Shown in pieces: positions 41,598 through 51,146 of a stretch of DNA of 64,000 nucleotides. The stretch lies in the NCBI GenBank assembly GCA_963802945.1, contig CAWDKY010000030.1:241046-305045 (forward strand). The letters are read 5' to 3'. The stretch comes from an uncultured delta proteobacterium (lineage in GTDB: Bacteria; Desulfobacterota; RBG-13-43-22). Both the position numbers and the translations under genes were made by a program. Position 1 is the stretch's first letter; every line of letters starts with the position of its first letter. A model generated the notes under the pieces. The model had not been told where the DNA came from, searched no databases, and saw nothing but the letters and a program-made list of their open reading frames with translations.

Positions 41598-42104
41598 ATG
41601 ACAATGAAAGATTTAAATTACCTGACCATTGCTGAGGAGAACATCAAGAAAATCAAAAAAGGAGCTTTTTTAACAGTAAAAGCCGGCCAGGCGCTCAACA
41701 CCATGGCCATTGGCTGGGCTACTTTCGGATTTATCTGGCAAAAACCGATCATGATGGTAGCGGTGCGGTCTTCGAGGCATACCTTTGGTCTTATGGAAGC
41801 AGCAGAGGATTTTACCGTTACCGTACCGACGGGTGATATGGCTAAAGAAATTGCTTTTTGCGGTTCGAAATCCGGCCGGGACCTGGACAAGTTTAAAATG
41901 TGCAACCTGAAAATCATGAACGGCAGGAAGGTGGTTTCACCCCTCATCAAAACCCCAGGGCATCATTACGAGTGTAAAATAATCTACAAGTCTGCTATGA
42001 ACCCGGCCTATCTGGACAAAAAGTTTGATACGACTCTTTATCCACAAAAGGATTACCATACCCTTTACTTTGGCGAGATACTGGCCTGCTACGAAACCGG
42101 CTGA
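41598..42104 (+). CDS. Flavin reductase-like family protein
   Basis: NTMAIGW, VAVRSSRHT, CGSKSGRD, HTLYFGEI. Confidence 0.88.
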   Translation: MTMKDLNYLTIAEENIKKIKKGAFLTVKAGQALNTMAIGWATFGFIWQKPIMMVAVRSSRHTFGLMEAAEDFTVTVPTGDMAKEIAFCGSKSGRDLDKFKMCNLKIMNGRKVVSPLIKTPGHHYECKIIYKSAMNPAYLDKKFDTTLYPQKDYHTLYFGEILACYETG

Positions 42105-42315
42105 TATTCAAAAGGTCACCTACGGACACATGCGCAAGGCGTGACGTTATTGGATTAGTTGCGTAGGTATTGTATGGCCCGAATAGACTACGCCACCAAC
42201 GGCCCAAAGAAAATTTCTCGATTTGCTTTTCTCCTTGCCCCGGTCTTTTTCTTGCCTTATACTCTTCCCATCAAAAAGAGAATTCTTCAAAAAATAGGAC
42301 CTTGATGGAGGAAGT

Positions 42316-42909
42316 ATGGAATTTGATCAGGTAATCCAAACGCGACGAAGCATCCGAAATTTCAAGCCGGACCCGGTATCGGACAAGGCCATTCTCGATA
42401 TATTGGAAGCCGCCCGCCTGGCAGCTTCCGGCTCGAATATCCAACCCTGGCGGTTCATCATCATCCGGTCTCCGGAAATGAAGGAAAAACTTAAAAAGGC
42501 TACCGTCTTCAGTTTTGCCTTAAAAGCGCCGGTCGTCATCGCCTGCTGTACCGACCTTTCGGCTCTGGACAGCAGACCGGACCGGTCTCTCGAATTGTTA
42601 CAGGCCGGCGTGTTTGACGATGTTGAAGTAGACGGCGATTATACTCCACCGGAAAGGAACCGAGAACAGGTTTTGACCTATTTGAACATGAACGTCGGGA
42701 TAGCCATTACCCATATGATGCTCAAAGCGGTTGATTTAGGCTTGGGAACCTGCTGGATCGGAGGATTTGACCCTCTAAAAACAAAAGAAATCCTTGCACT
42801 GGATGATAATCTTCACGTTGTGGCCTTATTGCCCATCGGGTATCCGAAACGAATCCCGGCACAGCGTCCCAGGTTTCCCTTAGAGAGGTTGATCGTCAAG
42901 ACGGTTTGA
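42316..42909 (+). CDS. Nitroreductase
   Basis: RRSIR, AASGSNIQPW, LGLGTCWIG. Confidence 0.93.
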   Translation: MEFDQVIQTRRSIRNFKPDPVSDKAILDILEAARLAASGSNIQPWRFIIIRSPEMKEKLKKATVFSFALKAPVVIACCTDLSALDSRPDRSLELLQAGVFDDVEVDGDYTPPERNREQVLTYLNMNVGIAITHMMLKAVDLGLGTCWIGGFDPLKTKEILALDDNLHVVALLPIGYPKRIPAQRPRFPLERLIVKTV

Positions 42910-43113
42910 TGAGAATTTCAACAAGATGATTGATTGGGAAGAAGGTCAAAACTTCAATGTTGACATGCCTTGCAAATGATAGCTCATAGGTGATAGGGAC
43001 AGATAATAGATGTTAGATATTAGATGCTGGATACTGGATACCTAATGCAAGATGAGAGATGCAAACTCAAAACTAAAATGGGATGAGGGAAAGGGGAAAA
43101 GGAGAGATTAACC

Positions 43114-44199
43114 ATGCCTGACAAGGATTATGAAGCCTTACGCGATTTCCTGCACCAATTTCCAAGGGGCTTTCTAAAAATGGAGTCAGGGGTCGAGATA
43201 AAGATCCTGAAGAGGCTTTTTACCGAGGATGAGGCCCGGCTCACGATCCAGCTTTCAACCCTGCCCGAGGAACTCACCAAGATCGCCGAGCGCCTGGACC
43301 TGAAGGCCGATGACCTGGAAAAAAAATTGGATGCCCTGGCCCAAAAGGGCCTGACCTTTCGTTTTAGACGTGGAGGCGTCCCCTTTTACCGGGCCGCACC
43401 CTTTATGATCGGGCTCTATGAATACTCGGTTAAGAAGATCGACCGGGAACTGGCCGCCCTCTTCAAGGAATATTATGAGGCCGCCTATATCAAGGAACTT
43501 GGGAACCATGATATCCCCGGATTCAAAGTGATTCCCATGGAGAAAAATATTGATGTCCAAAAAGTCCTCCTGCCCTATCAGCGGCTGGAGGAAAGTGTGC
43601 GCGCAGCCAGGAAGATCTCCGTAACCGATTGTGTCTGCCGCAAAGAGGCGGTCCTGCTCGGCGAGGGTTGTCATCATCCCCTGGAAACCTGTCTCAGTTT
43701 CGGTGTGGCCGCCGAATATTACATTGATTCCGGCCTGGGTCGTGAAATACAGGCCGATGAAGCCATCAGAATCCTGGAGGAGGCCGATCAATCAGGCCTG
43801 GTCCATGCCGGGGCCAACTCCATGCATCTATCGAACATCTGCAATTGCTGCCCCTGCTGCTGTGCGGCCTTAAAGGCCATAACCAAATGGGGGAGCTACC
43901 GGCAAAGGCATTTCAACGCCGTCTATGAGGCCGTGGTCGATAAGGAGGAATGTACCGCCTGTGAAGCCTGCCTGGATCGTTGTCCGGTAGGGGCCATTCA
44001 GGTGGAGGAGAAGGCCCTAATCGATCGGGATAAGTGCCTGGGCTGTGGACTTTGCGCCACCACCTGCCCGATGGAGTCCATCACCCTCATCCTCAGGCCT
44101 GACCGGCAAGAACCTTTTGACACCGTAGGTGAATTGGGAAGCAGGGTACTTAAGGGCAAGGGCAAAGCGCCCCTTATGATTAGAATGAAAAACGACTGA
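43114..44199 (+). CDS. 4Fe-4S dicluster domain protein
   Basis: CVCR, CNCCPCCC, CTACEACLDRCP, CLGCGLCATTCP. Confidence 0.9.
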   Translation: MPDKDYEALRDFLHQFPRGFLKMESGVEIKILKRLFTEDEARLTIQLSTLPEELTKIAERLDLKADDLEKKLDALAQKGLTFRFRRGGVPFYRAAPFMIGLYEYSVKKIDRELAALFKEYYEAAYIKELGNHDIPGFKVIPMEKNIDVQKVLLPYQRLEESVRAARKISVTDCVCRKEAVLLGEGCHHPLETCLSFGVAAEYYIDSGLGREIQADEAIRILEEADQSGLVHAGANSMHLSNICNCCPCCCAALKAITKWGSYRQRHFNAVYEAVVDKEECTACEACLDRCPVGAIQVEEKALIDRDKCLGCGLCATTCPMESITLILRPDRQEPFDTVGELGSRVLKGKGKAPLMIRMKND

Positions 44200-44383
44200 T
44201 GCCTCGTTTAACAATGGATCGGGGGCAGGTCTTGAATCTGGCACCCTCTGCTTTTCTCCTTGCCCCGGTCTTGTTCTTGCCTTATACTCTTTCCAGCCAA
44301 AAGAAAAGTCTTATCATGTAATATATTCTTCAAAGCTGGTCACTCCGGGGAATATCGGTTATACTTCCTTCTGGGAAATCGCC

Positions 44384-44971
44384 ATGGACCTACTCAATCA
44401 ATTCTTAATCTGCCTCATTCCCATCATGGTCGCGCTGGACGCACCGGGCGTGCTGCCGCTCTACATGGCCATGACGGAAGGAATGAAAAAAAACGAACGC
44501 AAGATCATCGTCCGGCAATCCATCCTCACGGCCTTCCTGATCACCATCGGTTTTGTGCTGATCGGCAGGGCGGTATTTACTGCCCTCGGCATCAAGGTCG
44601 AGGACTTCATGATCGCGGGTGGGATCGTGCTCATGATCATCGCGGTCCTCGATATGGTGCGCGCAGGCGAGCCGAGGGTAACTATCAGCCCAACGCTTGG
44701 CGTGGTCCCGCTCGGCACACCGCTCATCGCGGGGCCAGCCACGCTCACAACGACCTTGGTTCTCGTCGGCAGCTACGGATATGCACCCGTCATCCAGTCA
44801 CTCGTGGTGAACATTCTCCTGGCCTGGCTCATTTTTTCCCAGGCGGACCGGATCATAAAACTCATCGGCATCAACGGATCGCGCGCCTTTGCCAAGGTCG
44901 CGTCCCTGATTCTGGCGGCCATTGCCGTGAAGATGATCAGAAGCGGTATCGTCAAGATTATTGAGGGGTGA
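44384..44971 (+). CDS. MarC family membrane protein
   Basis: VVPLGTPLIAGPA; six TM segments; visibly GC-rich. Confidence 0.92.
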   Translation: MDLLNQFLICLIPIMVALDAPGVLPLYMAMTEGMKKNERKIIVRQSILTAFLITIGFVLIGRAVFTALGIKVEDFMIAGGIVLMIIAVLDMVRAGEPRVTISPTLGVVPLGTPLIAGPATLTTTLVLVGSYGYAPVIQSLVVNILLAWLIFSQADRIIKLIGINGSRAFAKVASLILAAIAVKMIRSGIVKIIEG

Positions 44972-45105
44972 CGTCATGCAAGTTGTTGGTAGGGGGTCGG
45001 ACCTAGCCAACGGGTTAAATTCGAGGTCGGGGGTCAGGACTTGAATCTTGCACACTGCGGCCTATTAAAGCAGGCTTCGCACTTAAACTTAATGAAAGGG
45101 AAAAG

Positions 45106-46128
45106 ATGAATACAGCAGAAGAAAGCTCCTTGATCGGTGTCGATGGCCGGCCTCGTTTCGGCATCTACGGTAAGCCTCTGGCCTCTCTCAATCTGGACGA
45201 ATTCCGTCCTTACGGCGCAAAAGACCGTGCCTCATGGACTAAGAGCTGGATTTTGAATTACCGGATCAAGCGATGGGAATACCTCGGTGTCTGCAACAAG
45301 GCCATCATCTTTGGGATGGCCGTCGTCCGACTCGGCTATATGTGCAACCTGTTCACCTATCTCTTTGACCGTCAAAGCGGACGAATCAGCGAATATAATA
45401 TTCTCACCCCTGGCGGGGGCGATGCGATCTTCAAGGGAACTTCGCTGACAGGTGAAATCCATTTCAAGAGCGGGAAAACAACGGTCCGCATGGTGTCCGA
45501 TCCCGAAACCATCATGGTCAAAGGATCCATCAAGAGAGAGCTTTCCGTCAACCTTTCTTTCCATAAGGTTGAGGAACCCCTTGTCTGCCTGACCCGAGTG
45601 GGTCTGAAAGGCTTTAACTACACTCACAAGGAAGCCGGCCTCCCCGTCCGGGGGACGATAGGCCACAAGGATGTTTCCTGGGCTATTCAAGAAGACCAAA
45701 CTTTCGGTGTCCGGGACTATACGCTGGGTTACCTTGCCCGCCAAACGTTCTGGAACTGGGCCGCCGGCGGCGGCCTAGACCAGACAGGAAACCGCATCGG
45801 CTTCAATCTTGTTCAGGGGGTCAACGAAACGGGATTTACGGAAAACGTATTCTGGGTCAATGGCCGTCTGGTCAAGACGGATGTTGTGGATTTCCGATAT
45901 GACGACCTGGACCTCCTGAAGCCGTGGCGCATCGAATCGAACGACGGCCGGGTCCGGCTGCGGTTCCTGCCGGAGGGCAAACGTTCGGCGAATACTAATA
46001 TCGGCCTCATCGTGAGCAAATTTCACCAGCCCTTCGGCCGGTTTGAAGGGACCCTACGGAACGGGGGTCAGGTCTGCGAACTGCAAAATGTTTCCGGCTT
46101 TGCGGAGGAGCACTATGCCAAGTGGTAA
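45106..46128 (+). CDS. DUF2804-like protein
   Basis: KRWEY, FNYTHK, TFWNWA, NETGFTEN, FHQPFGRFEG, EEHYAKW. Confidence 0.75.
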   Translation: MNTAEESSLIGVDGRPRFGIYGKPLASLNLDEFRPYGAKDRASWTKSWILNYRIKRWEYLGVCNKAIIFGMAVVRLGYMCNLFTYLFDRQSGRISEYNILTPGGGDAIFKGTSLTGEIHFKSGKTTVRMVSDPETIMVKGSIKRELSVNLSFHKVEEPLVCLTRVGLKGFNYTHKEAGLPVRGTIGHKDVSWAIQEDQTFGVRDYTLGYLARQTFWNWAAGGGLDQTGNRIGFNLVQGVNETGFTENVFWVNGRLVKTDVVDFRYDDLDLLKPWRIESNDGRVRLRFLPEGKRSANTNIGLIVSKFHQPFGRFEGTLRNGGQVCELQNVSGFAEEHYAKW

Positions 46129-46365
46129 TTCAAAACAGCGTTCCGTAATCTGGGGAGGCGATATTAGGGGGACATAACACCGATATTCTATGCCACCACT
46201 GGTCTAAAGAAGGCCTTTCGTTTCTTGCCTGAAGTAAGAAGACGCCCTCCTCTTCCATTCCGCCCTGCTTTTCTCCTTGCCCCGGTCTTTTTCTTGCCTT
46301 ATACTCTTCCCAGAAAAAAGGAATTCTTATCAAGAAAATGCGTTACGAAGGAGAGTTTTTTAATA

Positions 46366-46935
46366 ATGCTTAAGATGATGGCTGTGGGACCGATTCAGGC
46401 CAATTGCTATATATTGGGTTGTAACAAAACAAGGGAGGGAACTGTCATTGACCCTGGTGGCGATGCATTTAAAATAGTCAGGGAGGTGTCTAGCGCTAGG
46501 CTTAAGGTCAAATATATACTTATTACTCATGGTCATTTTGATCATACAGGTGCGGCTAAAGAATTAAAAGGGATTATAAAGGCGCCTGTATGGATTCACA
46601 GGCTGGATTCCTCCGGGCTTGGTTTTCCGCCTGACGGGACCCTCGTTGATGGACAGGAGATTGAAGTCGGGTCATACAAGATAAAGGTAATCCATACGCC
46701 AGGGCATTCCCCAGGCGGTGTATGTTTCTATGCACCAGGCGCTGTCTTTACCGGGGACACACTCTTTGCCGGTTCTATCGGACGCACGGACTTCCCGGGA
46801 GGTGATTATCAGGGATTGATTAAGAACGTGAAGGAAAAGATATTTCCACTCGGAGATGATTTGCGCGTTTATCCTGGCCACGGTCCTGTCTCTACCATAG
46901 GGCAAGAGAGATTGAGGAACCCTTTTTTCAGATAG
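46366..46935 (+). CDS. MBL-fold metallo-hydrolase (glyoxalase II-like)
   Basis: THGHFDH, TPGHSPG, TGDTLF. Confidence 0.92.
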   Translation: MLKMMAVGPIQANCYILGCNKTREGTVIDPGGDAFKIVREVSSARLKVKYILITHGHFDHTGAAKELKGIIKAPVWIHRLDSSGLGFPPDGTLVDGQEIEVGSYKIKVIHTPGHSPGGVCFYAPGAVFTGDTLFAGSIGRTDFPGGDYQGLIKNVKEKIFPLGDDLRVYPGHGPVSTIGQERLRNPFFR

Positions 46936-47178
46936 CCCACCCCCCTTGAAGGGTACACCATAAGAGGTGACATTGGTTCTAAAAAAGGTAATTAAGGTAT
47001 GCGGGGTCATAATATCAAGATTAAGCAACTAACGGCCTAAAGAAGGTCTTTCGATTCCTGCCTTCCGCCCTGCTTTTCTCCTTGCCCCGGTCTTTTTCTT
47101 GCCTTATACTCTTCCCATTAAAAAGAATATTATTATCAAAAAAACCAAAAGGTGAAGGAGAGGATAGGATACTATAAT

Positions 47179-47316
47179 ATGAATTGGATAAAAACAGCCG
47201 TTTTAATGGGGGCCGTTACCTTGGTCTTGTTAGTTGCCGGCGTAAGGAAGCTGGATCGAGAAGAGGAGGGCAAGAGAAGATCCAGGTCAGAAGATAAAGA
47301 GCCTTCAGCCGCTTAA
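47179..47316 (+). pseudogene. 45-aa ORF resembling an HtpX N-terminal remnant
   Basis: MNWIKTAVLMGAVTLVLLVAG then unrelated tail; follows promoter M3 and an RBS. Confidence 0.45.
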
Positions 47317-47321
47317 TCATC

Positions 47322-47456
47322 TTTTTGCCTGGTTCGGTGAACTTTAACGCTGACGGTTACCCTACCTGCTTTCCGTAAGCTGCATGGACGAACTGCCCAA
47401 CTCCCACGGCTGGACTTTAACCAACAAGTCCAAACAGGGCAAGCACGGACTCGCAC
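47322..47456 (-). mobile_element. Group II intron 5' fragment (domain I)
   Basis: Minus strand begins GTGCG..GACTTGTTGGTTAAAGTCCAGCCGTGGGAGTTG..GTAGGGTAACCGTCAGCGTT; no RT ORF or domain V. Confidence 0.7.
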
Positions 47457-47507
47457 AAATTTTAAAACCTAACTTAATACACTATTTCTATCGGAGGAGG
47501 AAACTGA

Positions 47508-47885
47508 ATGAATATTAAATCTAAGATCAACGTGGAAAATCAGAAGAAGAGTGCCCTGAAAAATCTCGACGCCCAGCAGGCTTTTCTGAAAGAGAAAGGG
47601 CTCAAGGACGACGCAATCCAGAAAAATGTTATAGTTCGAAAGCTGAAAGCTGAAGTGAGAAAAGCCGATTTTCGGCTGGCCCGCATTGCCGATCAGGAGA
47701 AACAAGACCAGGATCTCGCCCGAGCGAAGGCTGAAAAACTGGTCTCTGGGAAGAAGGCCACGGAAGGATCTAAGAAAGAGGCCAAAGTAGAAGTTCAGGG
47801 GAAAAAAGAGGAAAAAGAAAAATCGGAGAAGAAGGTCAAACCCGAGGGAAAGAAAGAGAAGAATACAACTCCATCAGACACGTAA
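47508..47885 (+). CDS. Lys/Glu-rich hypothetical protein
   Basis: RBS GGAGGAGG; coiled-coil-like. Confidence 0.7.
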   Translation: MNIKSKINVENQKKSALKNLDAQQAFLKEKGLKDDAIQKNVIVRKLKAEVRKADFRLARIADQEKQDQDLARAKAEKLVSGKKATEGSKKEAKVEVQGKKEEKEKSEKKVKPEGKKEKNTTPSDT

Positions 47886-48182
47886 ACAACCTTTTGATTT
47901 CCTAAGATGAATCGGGTAATTGCTGTTTTGTGTGGCTATGTCTTTTTAGGTATTCCGGGTACACAATACTTATATTCTAAGCAACGAATGGCCTAAAGAA
48001 GGTCTTTCAATTCGTGCTTTTCTCCTTGCCCCGGTCTTTTTCTTGCCTTATACTCTTACCCAGAAAAGGAATTTCTTATCAAAAATACTGATAGATGATG
48101 ACGCCTATCTGTCTTGGCCTGAGGGCGATAAATGAGGTCAGTTTCCTTTTTATAAATAAGCATGAAATTATCGGGGGGTATT

Positions 48183-48842
48183 ATGCTGAAAAAAATACTA
48201 TTAAGCATCGTTGTTTTAGTTGGTTTCGTTTCCACATCCATCGCTTCTGAACTTGCTCCGATTAAACTGCCTGCACCGGATAAAAAAGGCGGAAAGCCTT
48301 TGATGCAGTGCCTGTCTGAGCGCCAAACAAACCGGTCGATCAGCCCCAAGAAATTACCCGTTGAAGTACTTTCCAATCTGTTGTGGGCGGCCTGCGGCAT
48401 CAACCGAGCTGACAGCGGCAAACGCACCGCACCGTCCGCCATTAACCGACAGGAAGTCGACATTTATGTTGCTATGGAAGAAGGCCTTTATATTTACAAC
48501 CCAAAAGCTCATGTGCTCGAACCTATATTGAAAATGGATCTACGCAAGAAAACGACCATGTTCCTGCAACCATCAAGAAGCTCGGTAGCAGGTGCACCAC
48601 TGCAATTGATCTATGTGGCGGACTATTCAAAGACGAGCTTTTTAACGAACGAAGAGGAGAATAAATTTTATTCGGCTGCGGATACCGGTTTTATTGCCCA
48701 GAATGTATATCTCTATTGCGCTTCTGAAGGGCTGGCCACGGTTGTCCGAGGTATGGTCGACCGGGATTCCCTGGGCCCGGAAATGAAACTTCGCGACAAG
48801 CAAAAAATCATGCTGGTCCAGGCGGTGGGTTATCCACAATGA
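48183..48842 (+). CDS. Exported nitroreductase (SagB/ThcOx-like)
   Basis: Signal peptide; LLWAACGINR..RTAPSA, AQNVYLYCASEGL. Confidence 0.9.
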   Translation: MLKKILLSIVVLVGFVSTSIASELAPIKLPAPDKKGGKPLMQCLSERQTNRSISPKKLPVEVLSNLLWAACGINRADSGKRTAPSAINRQEVDIYVAMEEGLYIYNPKAHVLEPILKMDLRKKTTMFLQPSRSSVAGAPLQLIYVADYSKTSFLTNEEENKFYSAADTGFIAQNVYLYCASEGLATVVRGMVDRDSLGPEMKLRDKQKIMLVQAVGYPQ

Positions 48843-48997
48843 AAAGGTAGTTAAAAGGGGATGCTGTTCATTTATTAAGTTGACGGTTGGGAATGGGTAA
48901 GAAGGTCAAAGCTTCAATAAGGACATGCCTTAATCTGATAAGCACCATTCTTCGTGGGAAGTTTGAAGGGATTAAATGGCCTTTGAAAAGAGAGCCC

Positions 48998-49501
48998 ATG
49001 AAACACGTTTCTATTTTCCTCATCTTCCTCATGCTCTTCACCACCAGCGCTGTCTGGAGCAAAACCGAGACCACCTGGCGGGATCCGAAGGGGAACTACA
49101 CACTCACCTACCCGGAAGGCTACGAAGCACGTATTGACCCGAAGGACGGCAGCCTGAACCTATTCCATTCTTCCACAGCCTCCACCATTAACTTCCTACA
49201 ACTGGCGGAAAAGGTTCCCTTCAAGGATCTGGCCATCATAGAAAAGAATACCGTAAGGCGGTTCGAGTCAAAGAGATACACCATTCTGGCCCGCACTCAG
49301 GAAAAGTTCCAAGGGAATCCTGGTTTTAGGATTGACCTCGGCAAGAAAAGAAAGGGCCCAGCAGTGCGCTTGGAAGTGCATCTCTTTTTCTGGAAGGCCG
49401 CTGTGTACATGTTCATGGGAATATGGAAAGGAGACAGCTATACAGCCCAGAGGGAGGATTTCCAGAAAATAATGGGCAGCCTTCGTTTCACCGATCGGTA
49501 A
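48998..49501 (+). CDS. Exported PsbP/DcrB-like protein
   Basis: Signal peptide; YTLTYPEGY..FQKIMGSLRF. Confidence 0.6.
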   Translation: MKHVSIFLIFLMLFTTSAVWSKTETTWRDPKGNYTLTYPEGYEARIDPKDGSLNLFHSSTASTINFLQLAEKVPFKDLAIIEKNTVRRFESKRYTILARTQEKFQGNPGFRIDLGKKRKGPAVRLEVHLFFWKAAVYMFMGIWKGDSYTAQREDFQKIMGSLRFTDR

Positions 49502-49834
49502 GACCGTACCCCGCAGTGTCGTTGGGGTCGGACCAGGCCAAGGGATTAAATGCTCAAAGAATTAGAAAAGAAATAATGCCTAAAGGCCGGGGTGCAGGTC
49601 TTGAATCTTGCACATTACCCGATAACCATTCATCTTTGCCCCATGGCTTGATCTGAGAAATTCTTCCTGAAATTCTCGACCCTACTCTTTTTGAAAAAGA
49701 CAAGAATTCAAACGGCAATCAACCCAAAGGCCATTAGGAGTCCGTTATTCTTTAAAACCGCCTTTTGAACACTTTTTATTTGCTTAACTGTAAACAAAGA
49801 CTTATAATATACCCCATCATAGTAGGGGAAAAAA

Positions 49835-50770
49835 ATGGCCAAGCCCCCAACTACAACTGCCTCAACCAGGGGAAAAAATAACCTTCTTCTTTTTCCGGTG
49901 TTGGATCTGAAGGGCAATCTCATTGCCCAAGAGGGTGCCCCGCTTTCCAAGCGATTTTTCTGGAAGATTGTCGGGGTTGCCCCCCAACCCAAACCTTTCA
50001 TTCCTGTCGAGGGACTTCCCACCCTCTGGTCAGACTTAAACCAAGCCATTTCCGATCTGCCATACCGGGAACTTTTCAAAAATACTAAAGCCAAAACTAA
50101 CCTGGTAGATATGTTAAAAAATGCCCGGCTTTCTCCCTTTATCATAGATGGTCTCGCCTTTTTTAAAGAGAAAGACTCCTATACCTACTGGCATTCCCTT
50201 CATGTCTTTGTTCTTACCGGTTACCTGGCGATGGAATTGATCCGCCTACCGGAGTGGGAACGACATTTTGCCGTCATGGGACCTCTCCATGATATCGGCA
50301 AGATCAATGTACCCGTGGAAATCCTGCAAAAGAAGACCCCGCTAACCCGGAGTGAACTTCAACGTCTTCATCATCACACGGTGGCAGGGGCCATTCTCCT
50401 CAATCATTTCCACGGTGAAAAGGATCTATTGGGTCCCCTCGTTGCCCTGGAGCATCACGAGCGGCTGGACGGCTCCGGATACCCCTCTGGAGTCCCGATC
50501 TCCAACCCTATTGTGGAAATGGTGGCCGTTTGTGACGTTTATGATGCCTTGATATCGCCACGTCCCTACCGCAACCGACCTTTTGATTTACGCACCGGGC
50601 TTGAGGTCTTGACTCAATTAGCTATAGAGGGAAAATTCTCCAAAGATACGCTCCGATTTATGATTTCCTTACACCGAAAGGGTAAACCCGATTACAAAAA
50701 AGTTGCCTTTTCCCTGGAAACAAGAGGTACCCCTCCAGAGGAAAATTTTTACGGCCTCTTGGATTATTAA
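49835..50770 (+). CDS. HD-GYP domain phosphodiesterase
   Basis: HDIGK, HHERLDGSGYP, DVYDAL..RPYR. Confidence 0.92.
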   Translation: MAKPPTTTASTRGKNNLLLFPVLDLKGNLIAQEGAPLSKRFFWKIVGVAPQPKPFIPVEGLPTLWSDLNQAISDLPYRELFKNTKAKTNLVDMLKNARLSPFIIDGLAFFKEKDSYTYWHSLHVFVLTGYLAMELIRLPEWERHFAVMGPLHDIGKINVPVEILQKKTPLTRSELQRLHHHTVAGAILLNHFHGEKDLLGPLVALEHHERLDGSGYPSGVPISNPIVEMVAVCDVYDALISPRPYRNRPFDLRTGLEVLTQLAIEGKFSKDTLRFMISLHRKGKPDYKKVAFSLETRGTPPEENFYGLLDY

Positions 50771-51146
50771 CCAAGGCGCAAACTATTTCTCAAAACCCGT
50801 TGGCTTTTTTCTGTGTTGAAAGGAATCCGGGGATACCATTCTAGTTATTTCTTGACAAGGGAGGTTTAAGGAAAAACGTAGACCATACACCTTAGGCCTT
50901 ATACCGTTAAATCATTTGAATCCTTGACCCCTTTCTTCCAGCTCATTGGGAAAAGGACCCTATTTAGTTACCCGAATAGACTGACCTACCAACGACACAA
51001 CGAAGCTCTTTCGATGACCTGTTCTAGGGGATCATCCTGCCCCGGCTTTGATTTATTTTAAGGCCTAAAAAAAATCAATAAAACTTGAAATGATGGTTGC
51101 CGACATGGTAAGGTCATGAAAATATTTTTGATGGAGGGATGTAGTC

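Noticed and set aside
48090-48112. GATGATGACGCCTA as a fluoride riboswitch
   Set aside because: Only the 3' half matches; the 5' GGxGATGG element is missing.
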